Source: a virus. From it: a stretch of 64,000 nucleotides of DNA. The translations under genes were made by a program, and so were the position numbers. Shown here piece after piece: positions 1 to 8,729 of the stretch. Every line of letters begins with the position of its first letter. Position 1 is the first letter of the stretch. Where the stretch lies: positions 18,854-82,853 of IMG/VR virus record IMGVR_UViG_3300031885_000003. The stretch is one strand, 5' to 3'. The notes beneath the pieces were generated by a model. That model had not been told where the DNA came from and did not search any database. It saw only the letters and a program-made list of their open reading frames with translations.

Positions 1-1187
1 ATCAGTTCGCCAACCCCCTTGTCGCTGTAGATGAGGGCGTTGTTGCCAAGGGATTTAATGACTCGTTGAGTGCCTTGCCACGGCACCGGCAAGATCCCCA
101 TATCGCGCCGGTGTAGGTGCTCAAGGTAAAACGGCCGCGTCAGTCCGTACTTGCTGACGTCAACATCGTAGACCTGCACGTTGTCGAGGCTGAGAGACGC
201 CCCGGCAGATCCGGTGAATAGCAGGGTCGCGCCGGAGACGGGACAATCGACTTCCTCGAAGTAGTAGCCGTCAGCCGACCGCGGAGTAAGCGCCGTGCCG
301 CCAAGAGAGGCCGTGATCGTGCCCGAGACGTAGTTTTTGACCAGATAACCGACGCAATAGCGTTTCCCGGCAACAGATGATGCAAGCGCCTGAGACGCGG
401 TATCCGCTCCGGAGAAGTCCAGCTCGAGCGCGACAGCATCCCACATGGCCGCGTCTGAGAGCGTCCAGTCGGTAGGCGAGACCCGGAACCGAGTTTGAGT
501 AGCGAGTTGGGTTATGGTCAAGGGCCCGTAAATGGCAAGATATGGAATGAGCAGAAACAAGATGTCCATCCCGCCATAGGCGGACCAGAACACGGCAGTC
601 TTTGGCAGCGTCAGCGTGATTGTGGTATCGAGGGTGTTCATAAGATGGCCGATGGCCTGCCACTGAGCGCGACCGTATGTGTCCGTCTCAAACCCGGAGA
701 CCAGGACTCTGCCATGATGTTCCGCGCCGCACTGGAAGTAGGCGTCCGCGCTACCCCATAGTTTCGTGGAAGTCACGTAAAGCACGTTGGTGGCATTGAC
801 CAGAATGACAGGACTGCCGAGATCGATGACGTGCCACGCGCCCCCGCCCGAAACGATGGTGTAGGTTTCATCCATGCCAAACAGGTTCAGCGTGGTACCG
901 GGGACTGCGCCGGTCCACGCGGTTTCGTTGATGATGTAGACGGCCGTTTCAGTCATCAGCAGAGAAAGTTGTTTGCCCCGGTAGAACTGAGGGAACGGCC
1001 ACGCCAGCGTGATCCCTTCCGCCGTCATCCAGGTCGCCAGCGGGTTCACGATAGTGTCGTATGCGACAAACCCGTACTGATTGGCCTTGCACCCTTGCAG
1101 GACGGTGAACCCCTGGGTATTGCGGGGATTGTCGTCGCTATGGACGAGTCCTTTGGTCAGTCCCTCTTTGTATTCAAGAACGTTCAC
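1..1187 (-). CDS. Tail nozzle/stabilisation-like protein, truncated at its C-terminal end by the window edge, with an internal CBM-like module
   Basis: Absent from the ORF track (no stop in window). GTG at 1187 overlaps the upstream TGA; reads MNVLEYKEGLTKGL...WPFPQFYRG...VAGKRYCVGYLVKNYVSG...LSLDNVQVY; lies downstream of the adaptor. Confidence 0.6.
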   Translation of the reverse strand, partial: MNVLEYKEGLTKGLVHSDDNPRNTQGFTVLQGCKANQYGFVAYDTIVNPLATWMTAEGITLAWPFPQFYRGKQLSLLMTETAVYIINETAWTGAVPGTTLNLFGMDETYTIVSGGGAWHVIDLGSPVILVNATNVLYVTSTKLWGSADAYFQCGAEHHGRVLVSGFETDTYGRAQWQAIGHLMNTLDTTITLTLPKTAVFWSAYGGMDILFLLIPYLAIYGPLTITQLATQTRFRVSPTDWTLSDAAMWDAVALELDFSGADTASQALASSVAGKRYCVGYLVKNYVSGTITASLGGTALTPRSADGYYFEEVDCPVSGATLLFTGSAGASLSLDNVQVYDVDVSKYGLTRPFYLEHLHRRDMGILPVPWQGTQRVIKSLGNNALIYSDKGVGEL

Positions 1188-1615
1188 TTGTCTTTCTTTT
1201 CTTTGGCAGTTTCAACCTGTTCGGGAGATGCGCCGGGGTAGTACATGAACGAGACGTGAAGTACCGGAACGGGTTTGTCCAGTTCGACAAACACCAAGGC
1301 GCCCTTCTTCACCGCAAAGGTAAAATCGATGCTGCCGGATTCGTTGGCGACAACCAGACGGGTGCCTGTCACGGTAGAGCCTTCCGGGACGATAGTGATG
1401 CTGGCAGTCTCGCCTTCAGGAAGCCCTTGCGCGCGCACGGTGATGTCGGCCACAACGCCATCTCGCGGAAATAGAATCGAGTACGGCGATCCGGGGGCCA
1501 GATCTATCGCCCTGAGAAACACGGGGGACGGCGCGGCCAGAAAGATCTCGATCTCTTTTGGCGGGTCAACCACCGTTCGAGGTCGGCGAAATGACATCTT
1601 GCTTGGATTCTTCAT
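1184..1615 (-). CDS. Hypothetical virion-module protein (beta-rich, 143 aa)
   Basis: ORF coupled to both neighbours by 4-nt overlaps. Confidence 0.7.
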   Translation of the reverse strand: MKNPSKMSFRRPRTVVDPPKEIEIFLAAPSPVFLRAIDLAPGSPYSILFPRDGVVADITVRAQGLPEGETASITIVPEGSTVTGTRLVVANESGSIDFTFAVKKGALVFVELDKPVPVLHVSFMYYPGASPEQVETAKEKKDK

Positions 1616-1908
1616 ATAGTGATCTGTCCATGCTCGTCTTTCATTGCGCCGAGCCGTTGTTGGATGAAATCATGCCTGGTTTCACGGAACAACAGTTCCA
1701 TGTCAGCCAACCGCTCTTGGGCCTGTTGGCCCGCGCCAAGCGCAGCCGCCAGCATGTAGAGAGTGGCTTTGATGAGCAGCCACGGTTTCTGCAACGTGAT
1801 ATAGTTAGATGGATTCCCGCTACTCAGATCTGCCGGGTAGAACGTGCCGCTTACGCGGTACGTGTACGTCCCGTCAGCCGGGGGAAGAAATGCGATTGTG
1901 CCGGTCAT
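1612..1908 (-). CDS. C-terminal half of a podovirus head-tail adaptor (split gene)
   Basis: AAGGAG RBS; IAFLPPADGTYTY...YPADL...NYITLQKPWLLIKATL matches the P-x-P/A-D-x-x-Y-T and P-x-LL-x-x-A-L pattern I recall for SU10/N4-type adaptors. Confidence 0.6.
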   Translation of the reverse strand: MTGTIAFLPPADGTYTYRVSGTFYPADLSSGNPSNYITLQKPWLLIKATLYMLAAALGAGQQAQERLADMELLFRETRHDFIQQRLGAMKDEHGQITI

Positions 1909-1918
1909 GTAAATCTCC

Positions 1919-3670
1919 TTACCATGTCCCTATGGCCGCCCGTTTCCACGTGTTTGTCGCCATGCAAACGTAAATGTAGCTGGCATCAATCCGAATTTCC
2001 CCCAAGGTTCCAGTGTCACCAGCATTTGCAGGTGCGGTGTTGAGTGCGGAGAGCCTAAACTGCGCAGCAGCCGAATTGCCGTCTACCAGCAGGTTGTTGT
2101 CACCCGGATCGCTGACGCCGCCGACGTGGAGGCCAAGTCCGGCAACGACGTTGCCTGCAAACACCCCGTCGCCCATCTCAATCAGCGAGATATTGTCCCA
2201 GTCTGTGTACCCCCCCGAATCACCACCATTTACCATCCACACGTCCACAGTTATACATGACGTTGTAGTTACAGCAGTAAAATAGGCCGTGACTGTGCCG
2301 GGACTAATATAGGTTGCGCTGTAATCTTCATCAAGCCACGGCATACTGCCAATGGTTACATTGGTATGATTCATCCCGCCGCCATTACCCACGTATGTAT
2401 AAGTAAACTTATAGCGTTTGCCTACTACAAGAGCTGTAAGTTGGTACATCCGTGCCACCGGAAATGACGATGCGGACTTCGTTATTCTTAGACTTCCTGC
2501 ATTAAGAGAGGCTACGCCGTCTAGTGCCGTCCATCCCGTTAAACTGCTCCCATCACCATTGACGACTTTCTCCGCGCTGTTCGATGCCGCCAGCCCTCCA
2601 GCACAAACGATCCCGCCAGAGGTGATCGGATAGTCTGAAAGATCGAAACCTTGCCAACCGAGAACAACACCGCTATTTGGTTGTTTGTAGTCGCTCCCAC
2701 TGGCATCCTGATGATCCATGAAATCAAAATGGAATTCGCTGTTCATGCTGGTCTCTGTAACGTTTGAAATAAAATTGAAAATCCTTCCAGTTGTGTTCAT
2801 ATTTCCGGCGGAATTTCGTCCAGAAAAGGCATAATGTCCTGTCTGCTCACCATTCACAGCCGGGTCAGTCTGATTCTGTAAAACCATGGTCCCGCCAAAT
2901 CCACCATAATTGATCAAGTCGAGTCTTCCACTGTTTGCGAATATTGCAGACACTTGAGAATTGCTGTCTATCAACGTCAGTGGAGAATCATCGGATATGC
3001 CAGATGTCTTCCCCTTAATAACTGTACTGCAATGAATAGCAGTAGTCCACGGAAACGCAACATAATCAAACACCGTCGTCCCGATGCCGACGTTGCCAGT
3101 GGCATGTTGAAGTAACAGCGTCGGAACCCACGACATTGCGCTGTTGTAGAATCCAAGATCATCTGTTCCAGGTGCTAGATCTCCCCTGAGTCCTACTAAC
3201 CATTTATTCACTCCATCTGTCACGTAAACCGCTTGTGCTACGTTTGGCGACGCATATGATATACGTTTATAGTACACTGTTCCATTAGTACCATCATAAA
3301 ACGTCCCGGTGGTCCCGGCAATCGTGTTCGGGGTCCCTGAGCCAATCGTTCCTGGGATCGCCCATGTCTGCCCAAGTAATTGATACGCATTCGAGGCCGT
3401 TGCCGCCCGCAGGTTCGTCACTGCCGTGGTACTGGCTACAGTCAGCGGGGCCGTGCCCGTAGTCACGGTCGAGACGAGTTGACTTCCGGTGACGGTGCTG
3501 TCGGAAGCGACAGCCCCGTTCGTCGAGATCGCCCCGCCCGCCGTAATGGTCGCCCCGGTTGAACCGTATCCGCCGGAAACGATGAGCGTGTCAAACCACT
3601 CGGTACGCGCCCCGACAAACAGGACCGCAGCGAGAATCAGGCATAACGCCAATAAACTCTTCTTCATCAC
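1919..3670 (-). CDS. Tail fibre/receptor-binding protein with N-terminal signal-peptide-like sequence and CBM-like module
   Basis: G/T/S/A-rich, GNVGIGT fibre motif, C-terminal GTLGEIRIDASYIYVCMATNTWKR motif, N-terminus MKKSLLALCLILAAVLFVGA. Confidence 0.75.
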   Translation of the reverse strand: MMKKSLLALCLILAAVLFVGARTEWFDTLIVSGGYGSTGATITAGGAISTNGAVASDSTVTGSQLVSTVTTGTAPLTVASTTAVTNLRAATASNAYQLLGQTWAIPGTIGSGTPNTIAGTTGTFYDGTNGTVYYKRISYASPNVAQAVYVTDGVNKWLVGLRGDLAPGTDDLGFYNSAMSWVPTLLLQHATGNVGIGTTVFDYVAFPWTTAIHCSTVIKGKTSGISDDSPLTLIDSNSQVSAIFANSGRLDLINYGGFGGTMVLQNQTDPAVNGEQTGHYAFSGRNSAGNMNTTGRIFNFISNVTETSMNSEFHFDFMDHQDASGSDYKQPNSGVVLGWQGFDLSDYPITSGGIVCAGGLAASNSAEKVVNGDGSSLTGWTALDGVASLNAGSLRITKSASSFPVARMYQLTALVVGKRYKFTYTYVGNGGGMNHTNVTIGSMPWLDEDYSATYISPGTVTAYFTAVTTTSCITVDVWMVNGGDSGGYTDWDNISLIEMGDGVFAGNVVAGLGLHVGGVSDPGDNNLLVDGNSAAAQFRLSALNTAPANAGDTGTLGEIRIDASYIYVCMATNTWKRAAIGTW

Positions 3671-3679
3671 ACTTTCTCC

Positions 3680-4510
3680 CTACTTGTTGCACCACACCCT
3701 CTCGTCAGTAATGACGAGATCTATGATACTACCTTCGCCTACGGAATGAAGAATTTTTCCCAAGAGAAGGGTGCCTGGAGGAACGGCAGGCGCAACGGGC
3801 GCAACTGCTTCCGTCCCCGTGACGATCTGTATGGCGCTGGCGCTCGTGATGACCACGCGGTCGATGCGGGGAAGGACTGTCGGTGCGGGCATACCGCCAG
3901 ACGTGTACTTTGCCTGCAAGGCTAATGGGGTTGTGTCGAGGAACGCGATGCCTTCGGCAACCTCGATACACATGGAGGCGGGCGTTGTTTGACTGACAGC
4001 CAGGCCGTCGCCGCCCGCGCCGTACGCGAACGCCGCACTGTTGTCTTCGATCCCCGCCATCCGGGACAGTATGAAATTCATGATCCCCAACTGCGCGGCC
4101 AGGCCGGACGAGGCCGAACCTGTCGGCGTCTCGGAGACTTCGCACCAATGCGCCGGCGTCCCTTGCTCAAGATCCGCGTCTCCCAATGTCAACTCGTAGT
4201 AATCCACCATCCACGCTTCTGACTTCATCAGGGGTTTCACAATCGACTTCGAGGCGTCCCACATCCGCAACATCTCCGGCTGCCGCAGGTAATCCGCCTG
4301 AATCTGGTACGCGCCCGCCGATAGCGTTCCGTCCACGTACCGGGTTTCGCAGAGTTCCGGGAGCCTGTCGCAAAGGTACTGCATCCCTTCGTTGATGTAG
4401 GCGTCGATACCGTTGTCCGTGGTGTAGTCGGGGTTTCCCCCAATCGTACCGACCAGATCGTACCGCCCGCTTCGCTTTACGACGTGCTCCCGAATCTGTG
4501 CAAGTGTCAT
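3680..4510 (-). CDS. N-terminal half of head-tail adaptor fused to a minor-tail/fibre-anchor-like domain
   Basis: First gene after MCP; MTLAQIR...IDAYINEG...GTPAHW adaptor-like pattern, then GLAV...PRIDRVV...GTEAVAPVAP...ITDER domain. Confidence 0.65.
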   Translation of the reverse strand: MTLAQIREHVVKRSGRYDLVGTIGGNPDYTTDNGIDAYINEGMQYLCDRLPELCETRYVDGTLSAGAYQIQADYLRQPEMLRMWDASKSIVKPLMKSEAWMVDYYELTLGDADLEQGTPAHWCEVSETPTGSASSGLAAQLGIMNFILSRMAGIEDNSAAFAYGAGGDGLAVSQTTPASMCIEVAEGIAFLDTTPLALQAKYTSGGMPAPTVLPRIDRVVITSASAIQIVTGTEAVAPVAPAVPPGTLLLGKILHSVGEGSIIDLVITDERVWCNK

Positions 4511-4530
4511 CTTCCGATTCTCTCGGTTAT

Positions 4531-4560
4531 GTGGGAGCGGGGCCGAAACCCCGCCCCCAC
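4531..4560 (-). terminator. GC hairpin with UUCG loop after the capsid gene (terminator/stabiliser)
   Basis: Minus strand GTGGGGGCGGGGT-TTCG-GCCCCGCTCCCAC; no U tract. Confidence 0.5.
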
Positions 4561-4571
4561 GGGTTCATGGG

Positions 4572-5894
4572 TTAACCGTTTAGCCCGACGCCGTACAGGA
4601 GCATGAAGTCCTGCGCACAGCCCCATTCGTAGGAGCCCTGCGTGTAGAACTCCTCATGGATCCCGTCTTCGCCGGATACCTGCTCTTCCTGGTTGGCAGG
4701 CGGCGACTTACGGAAGTGGGTGTCCATGTCGGAGAAGGGACGCCACTTGACGTTGCCGAGGTTGAAGAACAGCCACGCATGACGCCAATCCTCGCTGCGT
4801 TTGTTGAACAGCGGGTGCGGAGTCAGTCCGACTTTGCCGTGAGGCGTCAGCCATGTGCGGATATCGAGACCGTATACATGGCTTTCGGGGGTGATGTCGA
4901 TGTTGCCGTAGGTGGCCCCGAGGTCGGTCACGCCCTGCGCCGCGCCGGACCCGCAGAAACTCAGACGTTCGCCGTTGCTGGTGCCTTGGCGGAACAACTC
5001 CTCGAACTTCCCGTTGAGCCACGTCGGGCCTTTGCTAAGCCATGTGTTGCCCGCATAGTCCACGCGGAAATCCGCAATGCGCGTCGAGTCGAGTTGACCC
5101 GCCGCGATGCACCGTTTCATGAAATCGACCATGCCCATTTGATGATATTCGGGCTGGCCGTTCCTGCCTGTGCCTTCCCATCTCCGCTCCCAAAAGGCGG
5201 AACGTTCGCGGGCCAGCGTGTGAAGTTGCAACTTCTGGCCTTTCACACGGTCATACTCGGGCGTGCCGTAGCGAGTCTTCTCCTTGAGCGCGTTGTTGGT
5301 CAAGTCCAGCGCGGTGCGGATGATCTGTGCGCGGTTGTAGAGATCGTCCGGGTAGTAGGTCACGTCGCGGGGCCGGGTGTCGCCATGCGCGAACGCCGAT
5401 GACACCATGGTGATGTTGTTGCAGTTAGCCAGCGTCTTGCCGCCAACCGCCGTGTCCGCTTCCGTCAACCGCACGGTCAGGTAACTGTTCGCTCCGGCAA
5501 TGTACGGGTGCGCGATGACCTTGCCGTGTATCACGTACAACGGGTAGTTGTCCACGCTCATCTCGACCGTATGCCCTTCGAGGAATTCATCGGCGAGGGC
5601 TGCGGCCAACTGGACGTATACGATGGTTCCATCCACGCCGGCAGCGGCAACGTAGGCGCTGGTCAGCGCCGGGTCGTTGTGACAGTGGGTGATCGCGCCG
5701 CACTGTACCGGCGGCGCCTGCACCATCCACGTGTGCTTGTCGGAATTGACGGATTTGGTGGGAATCTTGGCCGTCATCGCCGTGAACGGGACGCGGCCTT
5801 TGAAATCCCAGTACAAGATGCCTTCCTTGTACGATTGGGGTTTATGACCGGCGGGGATGTCCCCCGTTCCGATCATGCCATAAGCAGTAGTCAT
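4572..5894 (-). CDS. Major capsid protein (SU10/DUF5309-like podovirus type)
   Basis: 440 aa downstream of scaffold; YNRAQIIRTALDLT, ERSAFW and YGLDIRTWLTPHGKV..HPLF motifs; strong codon bias. Confidence 0.85.
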   Translation of the reverse strand: MTTAYGMIGTGDIPAGHKPQSYKEGILYWDFKGRVPFTAMTAKIPTKSVNSDKHTWMVQAPPVQCGAITHCHNDPALTSAYVAAAGVDGTIVYVQLAAALADEFLEGHTVEMSVDNYPLYVIHGKVIAHPYIAGANSYLTVRLTEADTAVGGKTLANCNNITMVSSAFAHGDTRPRDVTYYPDDLYNRAQIIRTALDLTNNALKEKTRYGTPEYDRVKGQKLQLHTLARERSAFWERRWEGTGRNGQPEYHQMGMVDFMKRCIAAGQLDSTRIADFRVDYAGNTWLSKGPTWLNGKFEELFRQGTSNGERLSFCGSGAAQGVTDLGATYGNIDITPESHVYGLDIRTWLTPHGKVGLTPHPLFNKRSEDWRHAWLFFNLGNVKWRPFSDMDTHFRKSPPANQEEQVSGEDGIHEEFYTQGSYEWGCAQDFMLLYGVGLNG

Positions 5895-5967
5895 GGTCAG
5901 TTCTCCTCATGTCTTAGCTGGCGTTCTCCTTCCACAGAGGTCACCGGCTTCGATTCAGTTGTGTCGT

Positions 5968-7095
5968 TTATGCCTTGCTCGCTGCGGCTACGGCATTGGC
6001 GGTCTTCACCATCTCAACGATGAATGTTGACCGGCCCGTGTCGCCTACCGCATGTACTGTGACTACGGTTGCGGTTATTGTCTTAGCTCCGGAATAAGCT
6101 TTCGGTGCGCCACAATAATCGCCATAAGGGGCTCCCGGAAGATTCGGTAGACTCGACAATCGAGCCGCCGCCGCTGGAGCGGTTTTTAGGTCCACGGCGT
6201 CGAAATAGCCATCGGGATCGTCGTTATCGCCAACGTTCAAGGTCGCGCTGGTCGTGTTGTTCCAGACTGCGGAATTGATCCAGTCCATGTTCAAGACGGT
6301 ATACCCGGCAGGAACCGAGACAGTGGCGGTGTAGGTTCCGGCTGTCGCTGTCTCGGTGAACGTCCTGACAAACTTGAGTGCGTTGACCTGAGCCTGAACC
6401 GCCGTCACGTTTCCGGTAACAGCGTTGATCTCGGCAGGGGTCGCCGTCACGGCGGTGCCGTTCAAGGTCAACGTCGTGATGTCAAGAGCCGTTACCACGT
6501 TTCCGGGGGTAGTCGTTGTAACAACTTTCCCGGCCTCGGCTGCACCAAGCGTGGTGACATCACAGTAATTCAACTCCGCGGCGGTAGAGGTTACGTTCGT
6601 GTTGTCGATGGCGAAGTTGGTTTTACAGTCGAGACCGAGAACCTGGTTGGATGCGTCGGCGGTAACGGCTTTGCTGGCCTGAGACGTTCCGAGGGTCGTA
6701 ACATCGTTGTAGTTGAGTTCGATTGCCGTCGAACTAATTGCGGTTCCACCGACTTTCCAGGCCGTCAGGTCAATAGTGTCGATCTTGCCGGTTGCACCAA
6801 GAACAACCGCTTTATTAGAGGCGGATGTCCCCGGAGTCACTGCGTCGAGTACGCCGAGTTCTGCCGCACTCAATCCGGTGCCCGGAAATGCGTTTATCTC
6901 GGCGGCGCTGGCCGTAACGGTAACGCCGTCAATCGCCCAACCGTCGGTAAGGTCAACGGGATTGAAGAACTTGATCGTGTCACCAAGCCATTCGATACCG
7001 ACTGCATACAACTGGCCCTGCAAATTGATGGCATAGGCCGCCGTGCAGGCAATCAGCCCAATCGCCAGTCCGATGTACCACTTTTTGTGTCTCAT
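5968..7095 (-). CDS. Head fibre/decoration-like protein with signal-peptide-like N-terminus
   Basis: GAGGAG RBS; repeats T(A/S)xA(A/I)E(L/I)N and DVTTLG; N-terminus MRHKKWYIGLAIGLIACTAAYA. Confidence 0.65.
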   Translation of the reverse strand: MRHKKWYIGLAIGLIACTAAYAINLQGQLYAVGIEWLGDTIKFFNPVDLTDGWAIDGVTVTASAAEINAFPGTGLSAAELGVLDAVTPGTSASNKAVVLGATGKIDTIDLTAWKVGGTAISSTAIELNYNDVTTLGTSQASKAVTADASNQVLGLDCKTNFAIDNTNVTSTAAELNYCDVTTLGAAEAGKVVTTTTPGNVVTALDITTLTLNGTAVTATPAEINAVTGNVTAVQAQVNALKFVRTFTETATAGTYTATVSVPAGYTVLNMDWINSAVWNNTTSATLNVGDNDDPDGYFDAVDLKTAPAAAARLSSLPNLPGAPYGDYCGAPKAYSGAKTITATVVTVHAVGDTGRSTFIVEMVKTANAVAAASKA

Positions 7096-7125
7096 GGGTA
7101 GATACTCCTCCATTGGTTGACAGGG

Positions 7126-7476
7126 TTATGTGGTCACATCGAACAGTGTGTACCAACGTTCGCCGTCCGTGATGACCATCAACACGTCGGCGGCGGCACT
7201 CAGGCCGTCACTGGTGAACATCGCCCCGCCACCATCGAATTCTTTGCTCACGACTGTGGCCTCGAACGCACCGCCGGCTGCGGCGATGCGTTTGATGATG
7301 TAGAGACCACGTTCGACGGCTTCACCCATCGCGGGAAGGGTGATGTCGTAACTTGCGCCCACGGTGTCCACGTGGACCCGTGTGTCATACGCCGAGAGAG
7401 CGGTGGCAGCGATCACGCTTTTCCATTGCGGGGGTCGCTGGCCGTTCAGGACTGCGCCTTTTACTTGGTTGTCCAT
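7126..7476 (-). CDS. Small virion protein (fibre-tip/decoration-like)
   Basis: VDTVGASYDITLPA...IIKR...DGERWY pattern; located in head module. Confidence 0.55.
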   Translation of the reverse strand: MDNQVKGAVLNGQRPPQWKSVIAATALSAYDTRVHVDTVGASYDITLPAMGEAVERGLYIIKRIAAAGGAFEATVVSKEFDGGGAMFTSDGLSAAADVLMVITDGERWYTLFDVTT

Positions 7477-7539
7477 GTGTCGTTTCTCCTATCGTTTCAG
7501 CCAGCGTTAATTACGGGTTGGAAAAGGCTCTGGCTGTGG

Positions 7540-8451
7540 TTAGCCCTGGTCCGACCCAAGAACCGCGTGCAACGACAACACGTCCTGTTGCTCTCCTGTC
7601 AACTTCTTTGTCGCCACAGGAAGCGGACGTGCCCCCGGAATCGCTACGGGCGACGGCGGGGTTTCGGCGGGTGTGCTACTTCGTTTGATGAGCGGGATTC
7701 GTAATTCTTTGGATGCGATTGGGCCAAGTTCTTGAAGAAGTTTGTCGACAGACCAGTCCGGGTGTGCCGCCCGTTCCCGGGCAGCTATCTGGGTAACGCG
7801 GGGAATCTCCCCAGCGAACTCCGGATGCTGGGTCTCCCAGTCATTGCCTTTTGCGATGTTTTCCCGGCGCGTGATCTCGTTTTGAACCGCATCCGTGATC
7901 ACCTTTGGAATCACAGACTGGATGTTCCGCAACATCTTCTGTTCGACTGCGGCGGCCACGTCCAGATTGTGTTGAGCAAGTTTGGCGCTATATGCCCTCA
8001 TGCCCGCTTCACTGGTCTGCGCCTCAGCGATCTCCTCTTGCGTGAACTCCAGTGTTGGAAACACGATCTCGTCGGGCTTCTCGGGGGTTTTCGGCTGCAA
8101 GGTGGGCACCTGCCCTGCGAGAACCTGTTCGAGGGCTTCCCGATAGACGGCGCTGTCGTGTTCCATCCGCGCCAACTGCGCACGGATCTCTTCGAGCGAG
8201 TCAGGCGTTACCGGCTGATCCACTGGCGGGCTTTCCGTGGTTGTGGGGGCCGGAGTCTCTTTTGCGGGTTCTGGTACGGTTGTCTCGGGCGCGGGCACTA
8301 CTGGCGTTTCCGGCGCTGGAGTCACTACGGGCGCTGGCGTACTCGCTGGCGCGTCCGCTGGCAACTCGATACCCGCTTCCGCCGCCGCGATTTCCGCATC
8401 GTTCATTGTCTCTACGTCAGTAAAACTTGGGATTGTCTCATGTGTCGTCAT
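7540..8451 (-). CDS. Scaffolding protein
   Basis: Acidic P/E/T-rich N-terminus plus coiled coil; between portal and MCP. Confidence 0.7.
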   Translation of the reverse strand: MTTHETIPSFTDVETMNDAEIAAAEAGIELPADAPASTPAPVVTPAPETPVVPAPETTVPEPAKETPAPTTTESPPVDQPVTPDSLEEIRAQLARMEHDSAVYREALEQVLAGQVPTLQPKTPEKPDEIVFPTLEFTQEEIAEAQTSEAGMRAYSAKLAQHNLDVAAAVEQKMLRNIQSVIPKVITDAVQNEITRRENIAKGNDWETQHPEFAGEIPRVTQIAARERAAHPDWSVDKLLQELGPIASKELRIPLIKRSSTPAETPPSPVAIPGARPLPVATKKLTGEQQDVLSLHAVLGSDQG

Positions 8452-8455
8452 TGCT

Positions 8456-8728
8456 CTACGTCTCCTTGGGTTTTGTCTCCGCTTTCCGCTTGTCCATCGA
8501 CTCCTGAACGGCAAATGCCGTCTTCACATACGCCTCAAACTGAAGTCCCTTTTTGAGTGCCCTAACCGTCCCCTGAGTTCTGTAGAGCGGGACACCTTCA
8601 AGCGTCTCAAGATCCGTGTCCTGCAATCGGCGCTTATCGCCCTCAAACTTGGCTTTCATGTCGGCCCAGACACGCCCTTTGAAGAACTCGTCGTACTCAC
8701 GTTTTGTCGCAGTAGGCTCGAAGGCCAT
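8456..8728 (-). CDS. Small post-portal protein
   Basis: 90 aa directly after portal with YRTQG motif; common podovirus synteny. Confidence 0.6.
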   Translation of the reverse strand: MAFEPTATKREYDEFFKGRVWADMKAKFEGDKRRLQDTDLETLEGVPLYRTQGTVRALKKGLQFEAYVKTAFAVQESMDKRKAETKPKET

Positions 8729-8729
8729 G

